Made by a program: the position numbers and the translations under genes. The notes under the pieces are model-generated. The model was given only the letters and a program-made list of their open reading frames with translations, had not been told where the DNA came from and did not search any database. DNA of 64,000 nt from Octopus sinensis (lineage: Eukaryota), in NCBI RefSeq assembly GCF_006345805.1, contig NC_042998.1, forward strand, positions 39,494,001 to 39,558,000. The letters run 5' to 3'. Shown here piece by piece: positions 49,095-61,749 of the stretch. Each line of letters starts with the position of its first letter. Position 1 is the stretch's first letter.

Positions 49095-49995
49095 TTTCTC
49101 AGTTAACATTCCTCTGATACTGCTGCACCTCTCGTGTCCATAGCTTACACCAGACACATCTCATAGAGTTTCTACCTCCATTTTCTACATATTGAGCAGT
49201 GCCATCTTCCTGAAGGGATTTGTGATTTGTTTGCTTTCCAACTTACTAAGACTTTGGTTTTTGCTAGGTTAACTCCCTTCAATTTTAGATCTTGCTTTCA
49301 TACCTGAAACTTCTCTAGTTCTGGTAGGGATTCGGCTAAAAGAACAAGTTCATCAGCATAGAGGAGCTCCCAGTGGCAGCCTGTCTTAAATTCCTCTGTT
49401 ATTGCCTGAAGGACTACAATGAACAAGAGGGGTCTGAGGACTGATCTTTGGTGAACTCTTACTTTTACCCTGAATTCTTCACTGTACTTGTTGCCAACCC
49501 TCACCTTACAGACAGCATTCCTGTACATGGCTTGTACAGCTCTCACCAAACACTCATCTATCCCTAGTTTCCGCATTGACCACAAGATATGGGATCGGAG
49601 GACCCTGTCAAAGGCTCTCTCCAAGTCAGTAAAAGCCAAGTACAGAGGTTTATCAATGTATTTCCCCTGCAACTGCCCTACCAGAAATATAGTGTCAGTG
49701 GTGCTTCTCTCTGGTACAAAACCAAACTGCATCTCATCTAGTCTAACTCTTTCCCTAATTAGTTAAGTTATGACCCTCTCCATAACAATTTGATATCTCT
49801 GTAATTATTTCTGTTGAAGGCATCACCTTTACCTTTATAACAGTTGACTATCGTGCTGCTGCATCAGTCATTGGGTATGACTCCTTCGTGTACCACCTGA
49901 TTTACAATATGGGTGACTAGACCATAACCCACACCGCCGGATATTTTAAGCATCTCAGTAGTGATTCCTGATGTGCTGGAGGATTTCCCTGTCTT
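49095..49995 (-). mobile_element. Degenerate RTE LINE RT fragment
   Basis: ORF 49298-49732 'MQFGFVPERSTTD...LYADEL'. Confidence 0.9.
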
Positions 49996-50021
49996 CATAT
50001 CCCTTAATTGTTTTATCTACC

Positions 50022-51505
50022 AGATGCCCCTGGGAGTTCCTCTATGCTGATGACCTGGCTCTCATAGCAGAATCACTACCGGAACTAGAAAAGAAATTTC
50101 GGGTGTGGAAGCAAGGGTTAGAATCAAAGGGCCTTAGAGTAAATGTAGCAAAGACCAAAGTTATAGTAAGCAGAAAGGTGAACTCAGCACACACCCCCTC
50201 GGGCAGGTGGCCCTGCTCGATCTGTAGGAAAGGTGTAGGTAGAAACTCCATAAGATGCACCCAGTGTAAGCTATGGACGCATAAGAGGTACAGTAACATC
50301 AAAGGGAAATTAACTGATAAGATAGCTTTCATGTGCAGCAGATGCACAGGGACAATAGACACCACAGATACTCAGAAAACAGATTCCATCACACTCCAGG
50401 GGGAGAAACTAGAAGTAGTTGATAGTTTCCGCTACCTGGGTGACCAAGTTAGTAGTGGAGGTGGATGCTCAGAGAGTGTCACCACTAGAATACGAATAGC
50501 CTGGGCAAAGTTCAGAAAGCTCCTACCCCTACTGGCGACAAAGGGTCTCTCGCTCAAAGTGAAAGGTAGATTGTATGACGCATGTGTGCGAACTGCCATG
50601 CTTCACAGTAGTGAAACATGGGCTGTGACTGCAGAGGACATGCGTAGACTTGAAAGGAATGAAGCTAGCATGATCCGCTGGATGTATGTCAGTGTGCACA
50701 CACGACAGAGTGTAAGCACCCTGAGAGAAATGCTGGACATAAGAAGCATCAGATGTGGTGTGCAAGAGCGACGCTTGTGATGGTATGGTCATGTACTGCG
50801 GATGGATGAGGAGAGATGTGTGAAGAAGTGCCACTCCCAAACAGTTGAAGGTATCATGGGGAGAGGTAGACCCAGGAAGACATGGGATGAGGTAGTCAAG
50901 CATGACCTCAGAGCGTTGGGCCTCACTGAGGCAATGGCGAAGGACCGAGATCTCTGGAGATATGCTGTGACTGCAAAGACCCGGGCTGCTTCCTGCACCA
51001 GTTCCGCATAGCCCCAGCCCATTCAAAGTACCTTGGATTTCAGAACATCCCGCTGTGCTTGAGGAGACCTGTTGAGTCAAGTACATGAGCATCGAAATAA
51101 ATATCAATGGAAATAGTAGTTGTGATACCTGTGCCGGTGGCATATAAAAAGCACCATCTGAACGTGGCCGATGCCAGTGCTGCCTCAACTGGCTCCAGTG
51201 CCGGTGGCACATAAAAAGCACTATCCAAACGTGGCCGATGTCGCCTTGGCAGGCTTCTGTGCCGGTGGCACGTTAAAAGCACCAACCGATCATGGCCGAT
51301 GCCAGACCCCCCTGGCACCTGTGCAGGTGGCACGTAAATAGCACCCACTACACTCGCGGAGTGGTTGGCGTTAGGAAGGGCATCCAACTGTAGAAACTCT
51401 GCCAGATCAGACTGGAGCCTGGTGCAGCCCCTGGCTTCCCAGACCCCGGTCGAACCGTCCAACCCATGCTGGCGCGGAAAACGGATGTTAAACAATGATG
51501 ATGAT
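50022..51505 (+). mobile_element. 5'-truncated RTE LINE copy with 3'UTR and tail
   Basis: ORF 49971-50780 from 'CPWEFLYADDL' onward; (GAT)n at about 51500. Confidence 0.9.
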
Positions 51506-51659
51506 GTATGTTAGAAAGGGTTTTAATCAAAGAAATTTTAATTCTATTATTCTGTAAAATAATAATTAGTTTAAATGTACACAAATGCATAAAAATAATC
51601 TTTAATTCCATTAGACATTCTAAAATACTATTAAATTTCATTGAATTTTAAAAAAGGTA

Positions 51660-52200
51660 AAATCGGACAAAAATCATGGGATGACATGATATTTAGGAGC
51701 AACCATGAATCCCACTGCCTGGTGAAAATGTAATTGATCTGACTAGCATAATCACCTGATTGATAGGTTATCAGGTGGCTGGCTGGCTTCCTGAAGTTGG
51801 TGTTGCAGATTAGAAGGTTATTTGCATCACAGAACTCCAGTAGCCTTGTTCCCTCTTTGTTTTGGGAACCAATTTCATGGCCCCCATGTACACCATGGAA
51901 AATACCAGGCTGCTGCCCAACATGCCCATTGAAATCCCCAGCCGCAAAGATGAGATCATTGTCACTTGTCTTTGAGGTAGCCTGCAGAAGAATATCATAA
52001 AAAACAGTCCTTTTGTTCATTTGGTGGGCCCACTTAGAGGTGGTGTTGTGGGGCAGCGTAGGCAGAGATAATTGCCACTATACTATTCAGCAAGACTAGC
52101 CTGAGCTTAAGTACTTTATTGCATACTCAGACTACCTCTATGCACCCACACTTCTGCAAGAAGTATGCCCACACCACCTACCCCATCGCGATTACCTTCC
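51660..52200 (-). mobile_element. RTE LINE endonuclease fragment
   Basis: 'AAGDFNGHVG...GTRLLEFCDANNLLICNT.FRK'. Confidence 0.8.
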
Positions 52201-52421
52201 CAGAAGATTTTAGGCATAAAATCCTCTGGGAAGGTAACTACATCTATATTGAACTTTCTAATTCAATTGAGTTCACCAAACAGAAAAGATTACAAGACAG
52301 AACATATCGTTTTGTTTTTAAGGAGCAGGACAAGTGGTGAGATATTATACTAAAACACATTCACCCAATCCATGCCCTGTTGGGAGAAACAGACATAAAA
52401 AAGATCATGATGTAAAATTAC

Positions 52422-52527
52422 TTTGATGGTTGTCTCCAGCTGGTGAGTAACTTGTTCTCGGAGAAGTTTTAAGATGCCTGGGTCTTTTGCTTGCAAAGCT
52501 GGGAACTGTTTAGTATACCAAGACAAC
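52422..52527 (-). CDS. PMF1: PMF1 coding exon 2: (K)LSWYTKQFPALQAKDPGILKLLREQVTHQLETTIK
   Basis: CCATTTAG acceptor, donor AAA|GTAATT, 106 nt phase 2-0; ends like human 'AQLQTSIR'. Confidence 0.88.
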
Positions 52528-52999
52528 CTAAATGGAGATGGTGAATGTTAATCAGTTATATTAGAAGATAATTGCAAAGAATTTAAAGAAAAGACAAACT
52601 TTTAAAAAGTTAACCAAGTAAAAACATTATAGAAAAATTGCATGTCTTGGGTAAATATTAGACTGGCATTTCACTGTTCTAAGCCCACATTTCAAGAGGA
52701 ACAAATGAGAAGAAATAACCTTCATAAAATATGTAAGAAATGGAAATATAAATACATAAAAAAGAAAATGTCAAAGTTTGAAGTTTTTTTTGTTACACAC
52801 ACAAGAATATAAGAGCAATATTTATGGAATATTTCAAAATTTGTAGAAATAATAAAATAAAGTGAAAGAAGCTACACCCAAATGAAAGTGAAAAGTAAAC
52901 AATGATAAAAGTTGAAATTAAAAAAATGGTGTGTGTGTGCATGCACACACACACACAGCTGCACGCATACATATGATTATACTCACACACACATACAAC

Positions 53000-54030
53000 T
53001 CTATGTATACACAGTGACCCTCTCAGACATGCAGTCAGCTGCTCAGATGGCCACCCTTGTTAGCTATGCAGATGACACAAAAGTCTCTCAGACAATACAA
53101 AATCCTGGAAATATTGCACATCTGCAACAGGAGTTGAACACAATATACAAGTGGACTGAAGACAACATGCAGTTTAATGCAGGAAAATTCCAAAACCTGC
53201 ACCACCAGCACACAAAGTTGAATGACATAGAGACAGGATACATTGGCCCAAGGGGAAGAAGTGCAATCTTTGAATCAAAATCAGTGCATGATATGAGCAA
53301 GGATGCATCTTTCCAGGTGCATATTACTAATTTGGTTATACAATGCAGACGGCTGGCTGGATGGATCCTCCAAACTTTTAAAACAAGAGAAAAAGAGACA
53401 ATGATGGTCCTTTGGAGGACGTATGTCCTCAGCAGCTTGGACTACTGCTCTCAACTATGGCCACCATACAATATAAAATTAACGGTGGAACTCGAAGCAA
53501 TCCAATGATGATACACAAAGAAAATTGTCTCAATGCAAAGTATCAGCGACTGGGAAAAACTGAAAGAATTAAAACTGTTCTCCGTAGAACAAAAGCAGTA
53601 AAGATATGCAGTGATATATATCTGCAAAATTCTGAAAGGCCTTGTAGCAAACTTTTGGCACATTGAATACAAACAGCAAAACGGGATGCCACTGCTTAGT
53701 GCCAAAGATCCTAGCATCACCATCAAGATACAGGACCAGATACTGCAACGACTTGGGTTTCAAGAACTCACAGCTATTCAGTATCCTTCCAAATTGCCAG
53801 AGAGACCTGCATGGTGTGGATGTAGGTATCTTCAAAACAAAACTGGATCTCCTACTGTCAAGGGTTCCAGATGAGCCGACTTCACAGCAGAAACACAGAT
53901 GAGGGCGGCAGCATCAAACTCCCCTCGTTCACCAAATGCCACATATCAGCGAAGGTTCCAAATAACTGTGTAGCACAGCCAATGGTGGTGCCCCAGCATG
54001 ACCGCAGCTTTAAAACACTGAAACACTTTA
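53000..54030 (+). mobile_element. CR1-like LINE 3' fragment
   Basis: 'SYADDTKV', 'MQFNAGKF', 'GWILQTFKTRE...LDYCSQLWPPY...LEAIQ'. Confidence 0.8.
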
Positions 54031-54159
54031 AATAATTGAAGGATTATACATATACATATACTCACACACACATGGCTATAGCTATACAAATACACACAGT
54101 TATACATATACACACACATAACTATATATATATATATCAACTCGGACCAGCTATCCGAG

Positions 54160-56478
54160 TTGATAGTTCCGTGGTAGCTAAGGCAATTAGAAGCATGAAG
54201 ACAGGGAAAGCCCCAGGCCCATCAGGAATTACTGCAGAGATGCTCAAAATATCTGGCAGTGTCGGCTATAACCTAGTCACCCGTATAGTCAACCAGGTGA
54301 TACACGAAGGAGTCATACCCAATGACTGGTGTAGCAGCATACTAGTCAACTGCTACAAAGGTAAAGGTGATGCCCTGGACACAAATAATTACAGAGGTAC
54401 CAAGCTGTTGGATCAGGTAATGAAGGTTACGGAGAGGGTCATAGCCCAACTAATTAGAGAGAGAGTTAATTCAGATGAGATGCAGTTTGGGTTCGTGCTA
54501 GGGAAAAGCACCACTGATGCTATATTCCTGGTAAGGCAGCTGCAGGAGAAATACCTAGCCAAAGATAAGCCCCTGTACCTGGCTTTCGTTGACATGGAGA
54601 AAGCCTTTGATAGGGTCCCCCGATCCCTCATCTGGTGGTCAATGAGGAAACTAGGGATAGATGAATGGCTGGTGAGGGCTGTGCAAGCCATGTACAGAGA
54701 TGCCGTAAGTAAGGTTAGGGTTGGCAACATGTACACAGAAGAATTCAAAGTAGAGGTTGGGGTCCACCAGGGTTCAGTACTCAGCCCCCTCCTATTTATC
54801 ATAGTCCTCCAGGCAATTGTGGAGGAATTCAAGACAGGCTGCCCCTGGGAGCTCCTCTATGCTGACGACCTCGCTCTAATTGCTGAGTCACTATCAGAAC
54901 TGGAGCAGAAGTTCCAGGTGTGGAAGGAGGGTTTAGAATCGAGGGGCCTTAGAGTCAACGTAGCTAAAACCAAAGTACTAATAAGTAGAAAGGTAAACAA
55001 TCCACAAATATCCTCAGGAAGATGGCCCTGCTCGATCTGTAGAAAAGGTGTAGGTAGAAACTCTATAAGATGTACTCAGTGTAAGCTATGGACACATAAG
55101 AGATGCAGCAATGTCAAAGATAGGCTAACTGGGAAGATAGTTTTTGCATGTGGCAGATGCTCGGGAGCATTGACCTCCGAAAATCTGCAGAAAACAACTT
55201 CCGTCACTTTCCGGGGGGAAAAACTAGAAGTAGTTGATAGCTTCCGCTATCTAGGTGACCAAGTCAGTAGTGGGGGTGGGTGCGCTGAAAGTGTAACTGC
55301 TAGAATAAGAATAGCCTGGGCAAAGTTTAGGGAGCTCTTACCTCTGCTGGTGACTAAAGGCCTCTCGCTCAGAGTAAAAGGCAGACTGTATGATGCATGT
55401 GTACGAACAGCTATGCTGCATGGCAGTGAAACATGGGCCGTGACTGCTGAGGACATGCGTAAGCTCGTGAGGAATGAAGCCAGTATGCTCCGATGGATGT
55501 GTAATGTCAGTATACTTACTCGACAGAGCGTTAGTACCTTGAGAGAAATGTTGTACCTAAGAAGCATCAGTTGTGGTGTGCAAGAGAGACGATTGCACTG
55601 GTATGGTCATGTGGCGAGAATGGATGAAGATAGGTGTGTGAGAAAGTGCCAATCCCTAGCAGTTGAGGGAACCCGTGGAAGAGGTAGACCCAGGAAAACC
55701 TGGGACGAGGTGGTGAAGCACGACCTTCGGACGTTAGGTCTCACCATGGAAATGACTAGAGACCGAGACCTATGGAAGTATGCTGTGCGTGAGAAGACCC
55801 GGCAAGACTAGTGAAGCCATGTCCCGTGGCCCCTACCTGGGATGTAGTCAGTCCACCTGTGCATACCTTCCTTATTGTGACACTTGAGAAGACCTGTTGA
55901 GGCAGGTGAAAATCAAAATCAAAATCAAAACCAAATCAAAATAGATGTACATCAATGGAATTTGTATCCTATTTGTATCCTTTATGGTACCAGTGCCGGT
56001 GGCACATAAGAAAACCATCTGAACGTGACCGTAGCCAGTACCGCATCGACTGGCCTCTGTGCTGAGGGCACGTAACAAACACCATCTGAGCGTGGCCGTT
56101 CGCCAGCCTCGTCTGGCACCTGTGCCGGTGACACATAAGAAAAGACCATCCGAGCGTGGCCGTCTGCCAGCCTCGTCTGGCACCTGTGTCGGTGGCACAT
56201 AAAAAACACCATCCGAGCGTGGCCGTCTTCCACCTGTGTCGGTGGCACATAAAAAACACCATCCGAGCGTGGCCGTCTGCCAGCCTCGTCTGGCACCTGT
56301 GTCGGTGGCACATAAAATCACTCACTACACTCTCAGAGTGGTTGGCGTTAGGAAGGGCATCCAGCTGTAGAAACACTGCCAGATCTGACTGGCCTGGTGC
56401 AGCCTTCGGGCTTGCCAGACCCCAGTTGAACCGTCCAACCCATGCTAGCATGGAAAGCGGACGTTAAACGATGATGAT
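54160..56478 (+). mobile_element. Young 5'-truncated RTE LINE, uninterrupted RT/PHD/C-terminal ORF plus 3'UTR; in PMF1 intron 1
   Basis: ORF 54036-55811 nearly identical to the matching part of the 878-aa ORF; inserted in a (TA)n/(CA)n tract. Confidence 0.95.
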
Positions 56479-56723
56479 GATGATATATATATATACACAC
56501 ACACTCACAGACACACATCATCATCATCATTATTTAACATCCTCCTTACGTGCTGGCATGGGTCTGACAGTTTGACAGATGACAAGTCAAAACATTGCAG
56601 AAAACTCTGCCATACTTTGGCATGGTTTCTAGAACAATATGTCCTTCTTTACACCAATTACTTTACAAGTGGCAAATAGTTTTCATTACTTTTGCTTGCC
56701 TTAATTAATGGTAAATAATAATA

Positions 56724-56888
56724 GGATCTTTTCCCTTTGACAGGCAGATCGAGAAATTATTTTTTTTGTGACTAAACACTTTCAAACTTCGGACACTGGT
56801 AGAATGTGTCATATAAAACATCTTTTAGTCTTAGTGTTGTTGAGAAAAAAATTAATTTCTCGATCTGCCGTTCAAAGGGTAAAGATCA
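56724..56888. mobile_element. 165-bp member of the GGATCTTTT MITE family
   Basis: Termini ggatcttttccctttga / tcaaagggtaaagatca; TSD TAATAATA / TAATAATG. Confidence 0.75.
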
Positions 56889-56972
56889 TAATAATGTAAA
56901 TTATATTATTATATTTTATGAGAAACAAACATCATTAAAATATTTAATAATTAAATGTTATGAAGTTTAATA

Positions 56973-57368
56973 AGGGGCTCAGATTTCACCTCTCCCCAAT
57001 TTTTCGTTTTGAACTTTTTCATCCATTTATTTATTTATCCTTATCCGTTTATTCATAAAATATATTTGTCAACTATAAGAAGGTGTTACTGTTGTTTTTA
57101 ACCCCAGAAAGACATTCATATCTATCTCTTTATACACCTATCTATATGCTTATTGAATTTAAAAGTTTCAAAACGTGGTTTCTTGCATATCCAGAATCTC
57201 CTTCATCCAAAACATAGGGGGGGGAAAAAGTTTCGAAAAAGTTCAAAGTTTTAAATGGGAGGAGGATGTATATTCGTAATCTCTGAAACGTAGGAATTTG
57301 AAAAAAAAAAAAACTTTTTAAAAAAATGCATTTTTCAAGGCGAGGTGCGAAACTGCATTCGCCCCTAT
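56973..57368. mobile_element. Possible PIF/Harbinger-type MITE
   Basis: Imperfect TIRs ggggctcagatttcacctc / gaggtgcgaaactgcattcgcccc, TAA / TAT flanks. Confidence 0.35.
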
Positions 57369-57691
57369 TGGTGAACGACGGGAGGTAATTCTGAGCGTAG
57401 TTCCACCTTATGATTTCATCAGCGAAGAATTAAAATTCCTTATTTACAAAAGACTCAATGTGTGTTTAAAATAACGTAAAAGCAAAACAGTAGTCTAGTG
57501 ACAGGGTAGAAAGTTCATAAAATGGAGTCAATTATTTTGTCATGATGAAATGTCTATATTTAAATGTGTGATCAGACCAAAGTTTCTGTCCCTTCATAGC
57601 AAATAATGTATTGCTCTTTGTCTGGAAGAAAAGTTTTTTTAAGCTCAAAGAAAAAATAAATTATTAACAACAGGGAAAATTTTGAACTCAC

Positions 57692-57825
57692 TTGCCAGTG
57701 GCAACTTTGGTGAAAACTTTGTCCAATGCATCTTTTAATAATTTAAAACGCTTTTGTTTTTCTTGAGTATTTCTTTTATCGCTGCTGTCTTCTGACTCTT
57801 GATCTTTCATATCGTTGGAAGACAT
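57692..57825 (-). CDS. PMF1: PMF1 coding exon 1: MSSNDMKDQESEDSSDKRNTQEKQKRFKLLKDALDKVFTKVATG(K)
   Basis: GCCAGCCATG start, donor AA|GTGAGT phase 2; 'RFKLLKDALDKVFTKV' matches human 'RVKLLDTMVDTFLQKL'; five exons sum to 597 nt = 198 aa + stop. Confidence 0.9.
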
Positions 57826-57946
57826 GGCTGGCTCGGTTACTTTACAAGGATCACTCATTTCCTGGTAGATTATAACCTATTCAAAAATGATTTGTATTAA
57901 ATGGAAGAAAGAAAAGAGAGAGAGAGAGAGGAATGCCGTTGAGAAC

Positions 57947-57976
57947 TTCCCGCCTTTTCGCAGCGTTTGTTTTGAA
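57947..57976. promoter_or_regulatory. E2F-like site plus CHR-like element upstream of the PMF1 start codon
   Basis: TTCCCGCC 57947-54 and TTTGAA 57971-76, about 120-150 bp from the ATG. Confidence 0.45.
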
Positions 57977-58234
57977 TTGTACGGTGTTAGGCATAAAAAG
58001 AGAACTAATTAATAATATTCCGGGTATATAAAAAAAAACATTCCCGGACAAAATATTTTTGTTTTTGTTTCACTATTAATACTACCACCAACAACACTAC
58101 CATCACTACTACAACCATCACCACCACTACAACTACTGCTACTGTTGCTGCTACTACTACTACTTCCAATTGATTTCAAATTTGGGGCAATGATATGGCT
58201 TTGTATGTAATCATTGACATGAAATTCATTTTCG

Positions 58235-58648
58235 GGATCTTTTCGGTTTGAACGGCATTTTTTAAAAATAATTTCCACGTAACTAAACACTTTTAAACTT
58301 CGTATACTGGTAGAATGTGTTTATAAAAAATTTTTTTCTCTTGGTTTTATTGAGAAAATTCTATAGTTTGTAAGATATTTGTTGTTTTTTTTCTTCAATT
58401 TCTACAATTTCAACCAATCAAATACATCTATTGAGGTAAAAAAAAACATTCTGTGCTGTATGAATATGTCCCTCGTTTAAGAAACAGATTGGGTTTTTTA
58501 CATTTCTGAAGAAAATAAGATACCCTTCCCCCCACCCCTAACGCTAAAACTGATTGAAATGCAATAGATCGATACTAGGGTCATAATTATGGGTGACAAT
58601 TTCATATGACACCGCTAGAAAAAACTGCTGTTCAAACCGAAAAGATCC
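58235..58648. mobile_element. 414-bp member of the GGATCTTTT MITE family
   Basis: TIR GGATCTTTTCGGTTTGAACGGCA / TGCTGTTCAAACCGAAAAGATCC; perfect TSD CATTTTCG at 58227-34 and 58649-56. Confidence 0.9.
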
Positions 58649-58879
58649 CATTTTCGCAATAAATCAATAAATAAAGAGTTGATGGTTTTTAAAGTTTTTT
58701 TCAAAATTTGGGTAATTGTAGCCAATCAAAAGCCACAGATACATAGGTGCCTGTTTCCACAGTATCAAACTGTTACCAACAAGCTTACCCACTACCACTA
58801 CTACTACTAGCAGTAATTTGTTTATTTTTACCTATGATGATGAAGTTCACTCTACAGTGATATTTTCAGAACTGATCCA

Positions 58880-59210
58880 ATCATCATCATCATTATTTAA
58901 CGTCCACCTTCCATGCTTGCATGCGTGGGACAGTTTGACAGGAGTCAGCCAGGAAGAAGCCTGCACCGGACTTCTGTGATTGTTTTGGCAGGATCTTTAC
59001 AGCCAGATGCCCTTCGTAACACCAACCATTCAGCAGAATGGACTTAGTGCTTCTTATGTGGCACAGGCACAGGTGAGGTGAATAGAGCTTTTTACGTGGC
59101 ACAAGCACAAGCAAGGTCAGTTTTGGCAAGGTTTTCACAGCTGGATGCCCTTCCAAACACCAACCACATTACAGTGCAGACTGGGTGCTTTTTAAGTGTC
59201 ACCTGCACTG
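58880..59210 (-). mobile_element. RTE-tail copy with internal duplication
   Basis: catcatcatcattatttaacgtcc start; 'cagctggatgccctt' occurs twice. Confidence 0.8.
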
Positions 59211-60129
59211 ACAGAGACATAAAGTACTTGCAAGAGATTTTTTTTTTTAACTTTTAAGAGGAGGCAATGGAGGAGGGGATGATGAAAAGGTTATAGTGAG
59301 ACAAACACAGGTGTCTTGCTGTAGAGGAAGTACAAGGTTACTCAGCCAGAGAAAGAAAGATCCAGAAGGAAGACAGAAACAGGTGTGCTACTGCAAAGAA
59401 AATACACGGTCACCCAACCTGAGGGAAGTGCAGGAGAAAGAGAGAGAGAGAGTGGAAGACAGCAGGATAGAGATGGTGGCAAAGTGCTGGGCATACTCAC
59501 AAGGAACGAGGAATGTTAGAGTAAAGGAAGAGAGAGGTATAGATGATGGCACATGCCAGGGCATACCCTTGAGGTTCAAATGCCATAATGTAAGTGGCAG
59601 GATATTGCGAAGGGAGTGTGATTAAAGAGTGCGAGTAAGTGGTGAAAGGCCTGGGTATATAGAGAGTTGAAGGGGCTACTGGATAGCAATGATACAGAGG
59701 AACAGGGGTGTGAGGACAGGATTGGGGAGTGAGAGCTAGGCATAGTGTAGGAAGGAGGAAACGCGAGAAGGAGAAGAGATGTAGATTGGTTTGCTGGGGT
59801 AGGGTGAGGGCAAGGTATTCTTGTTATATGTGGAACACCGAGGTCAGGGACAAGTAGACAGCAATAATAGCGTGAGTGAGCCAAGGCATGTGGATAGAAG
59901 GCACAGGTCACGGGCAAGCGAAGAGCAATAATACAGTGGCATAGGGCTAAGAGAACAGGATTGGGGAGTGAGAGGTAATCATAGTACATGAAGTAGAAAT
60001 GTGAGGAAGAGAAATGTAGAGACATAGTTTGTTTTGTTGTGGTAGAGTGTGTGAGAAATTTTCTTGTTAAGTGTGGGTGGGACACACACTGCTTTTAGAA
60101 CTCAGTTTTGCTAATATAGGCGGGTCTTC

Positions 60130-60845
60130 TCAAGAACTTCATATTGCCAGACGCCTTGGTCCATTGTCATTTCCTTTGTGAGATCCAACTTTCTGAGATC
60201 AGTCCTTACCACTTCATCCCATATTTTCCTGAGTCTCCCTCTTCCACAGATACAATCCACTTTGAGTCATCAGCACTTCTTTATGCAATTGTCCTCACTC
60301 ATACGCATCACATGTCCAAATCAACGTAGTCTTCTCTCTTGCATGCTACATTTGATTCCTCTTATCCCCAACTTTTCTCTCAATATATTTGCACCTTGTC
60401 ATACATGTGCACGGATGTTGCACATCCAATGGAGTATACTATCTTCATTTGCCTCCAGTCTATGCATGTCTTCTGCATTCAGAGCCCATGTCCCACTACC
60501 ATGGAGTATAGCCGTTTGTACACAAACATCATATAATCTACTTTTCACTGCAAGAGAGAGTCCTTTTGTTGCCAACAGAGGTAATAGATCTCTGAACTTC
60601 CTCCACCCAATTCTTATTCTAAAACAATACTTTTAGAACATCCTCCACCATTGCTAATTTGGTCACCTAGGTAACAGAAACTATCTACAACCTCAAGAGA
60701 GCCTCCTGGACCTTTAAGAGAATCTAATTCCTGTGTGCTCTTAGTGCTTATTGTTCCTGCACATCCGCCACATACAAAGACTACTTTATCTGTTAACCTA
60801 CCTGTGATACCACTGCACCTCTTATGTATCCATAGTTTACACTAT
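60130..60845 (-). mobile_element. Degenerate RTE LINE 3' fragment
   Basis: Homologous to the C-terminal part of the 878-aa ORF (PHD remnant to GRGRPRK region). Confidence 0.85.
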
Positions 60846-61749
60846 TACCTAAAAAAATTAAACACACACACATAATGCTTTGGACTCTAGTCACCTGAAG
60901 ACATGCGTGTATACAGCTATTGTTGGATTATATTAATGCAATAATGTGTATAATATATGTAACTTTCAGCAAACATTAGCTGATACTGATGTGTTGAAAC
61001 AGTTATAGTGATTTGTAATAAACCCTGTTCATTCCATCTTGTAAAGGATAGAGAAATTATTAAGAGAGGAACGAATACATAGGATTCAACTGAAAAATAT
61101 GCAGTTCAGACAGTAACAAAAAAGATACAAACATGAGGGAATATCTGGTGCAACTAGCTAGTGGAAACAACGGCAGAAGCCATAGTATGCTGAACCTTAG
61201 AAGTGAAGTAAACTATCACAGGTGTACATATGCATAAAACACAACAAAGAAATACGATAGCAAAAGCCACATGCACTTGGCCATCACCACAGAAAAAGGA
61301 AAGGCCCCGACATTAACAACAACACAATATACATAATAATGCACAATACATAAGTAATGAGAGTTCCAGGACTACTGTATAGTATAATGCCATCAGAAAT
61401 AGATGTAAGTTATGTATAGATGAAATCTACCAAATCTTTACATTGAGACACAAATCAATTAATAACAGGCTTGAAAGGCCTTAAAGATGCTTGCTTAAAC
61501 ATAGCAAAACATTTAAGAAATTTAAAGGCAGTTCTAGATAACTCAACATTCCACCCACAGATGGGTGGGAAAGGAAAAATAGAAGCACTTGTTCTAAACT
61601 CAAAAAATATACAGCCTTTCATAACCAAACTAGCACATATTCTATTCATCTTCTACTATCCAGCATAAACTACATAGTCAAGAAAATAAATATATGAATA
61701 ACTAAAAACATTACATAACAAGGACTACAGTTGAAAATAAGGTTATTAA

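Noticed and set aside
49095-51000. Back-to-back LINE fragments as a twin-priming 5' inversion
   Set aside because: The two pieces overlap in element coordinates and differ in divergence, so they are separate insertions
57999-58290. Ser/Gly-rich ORF upstream of PMF1
   Set aside because: Translation of a (CTA/CCA)n trinucleotide tract fused to a MITE end
59296-60085. 109-aa and 169-aa ORFs in purine/pyrimidine-skewed DNA
   Set aside because: Low-complexity composition, no domain motifs; likely a repeat 3' region that I could not classify
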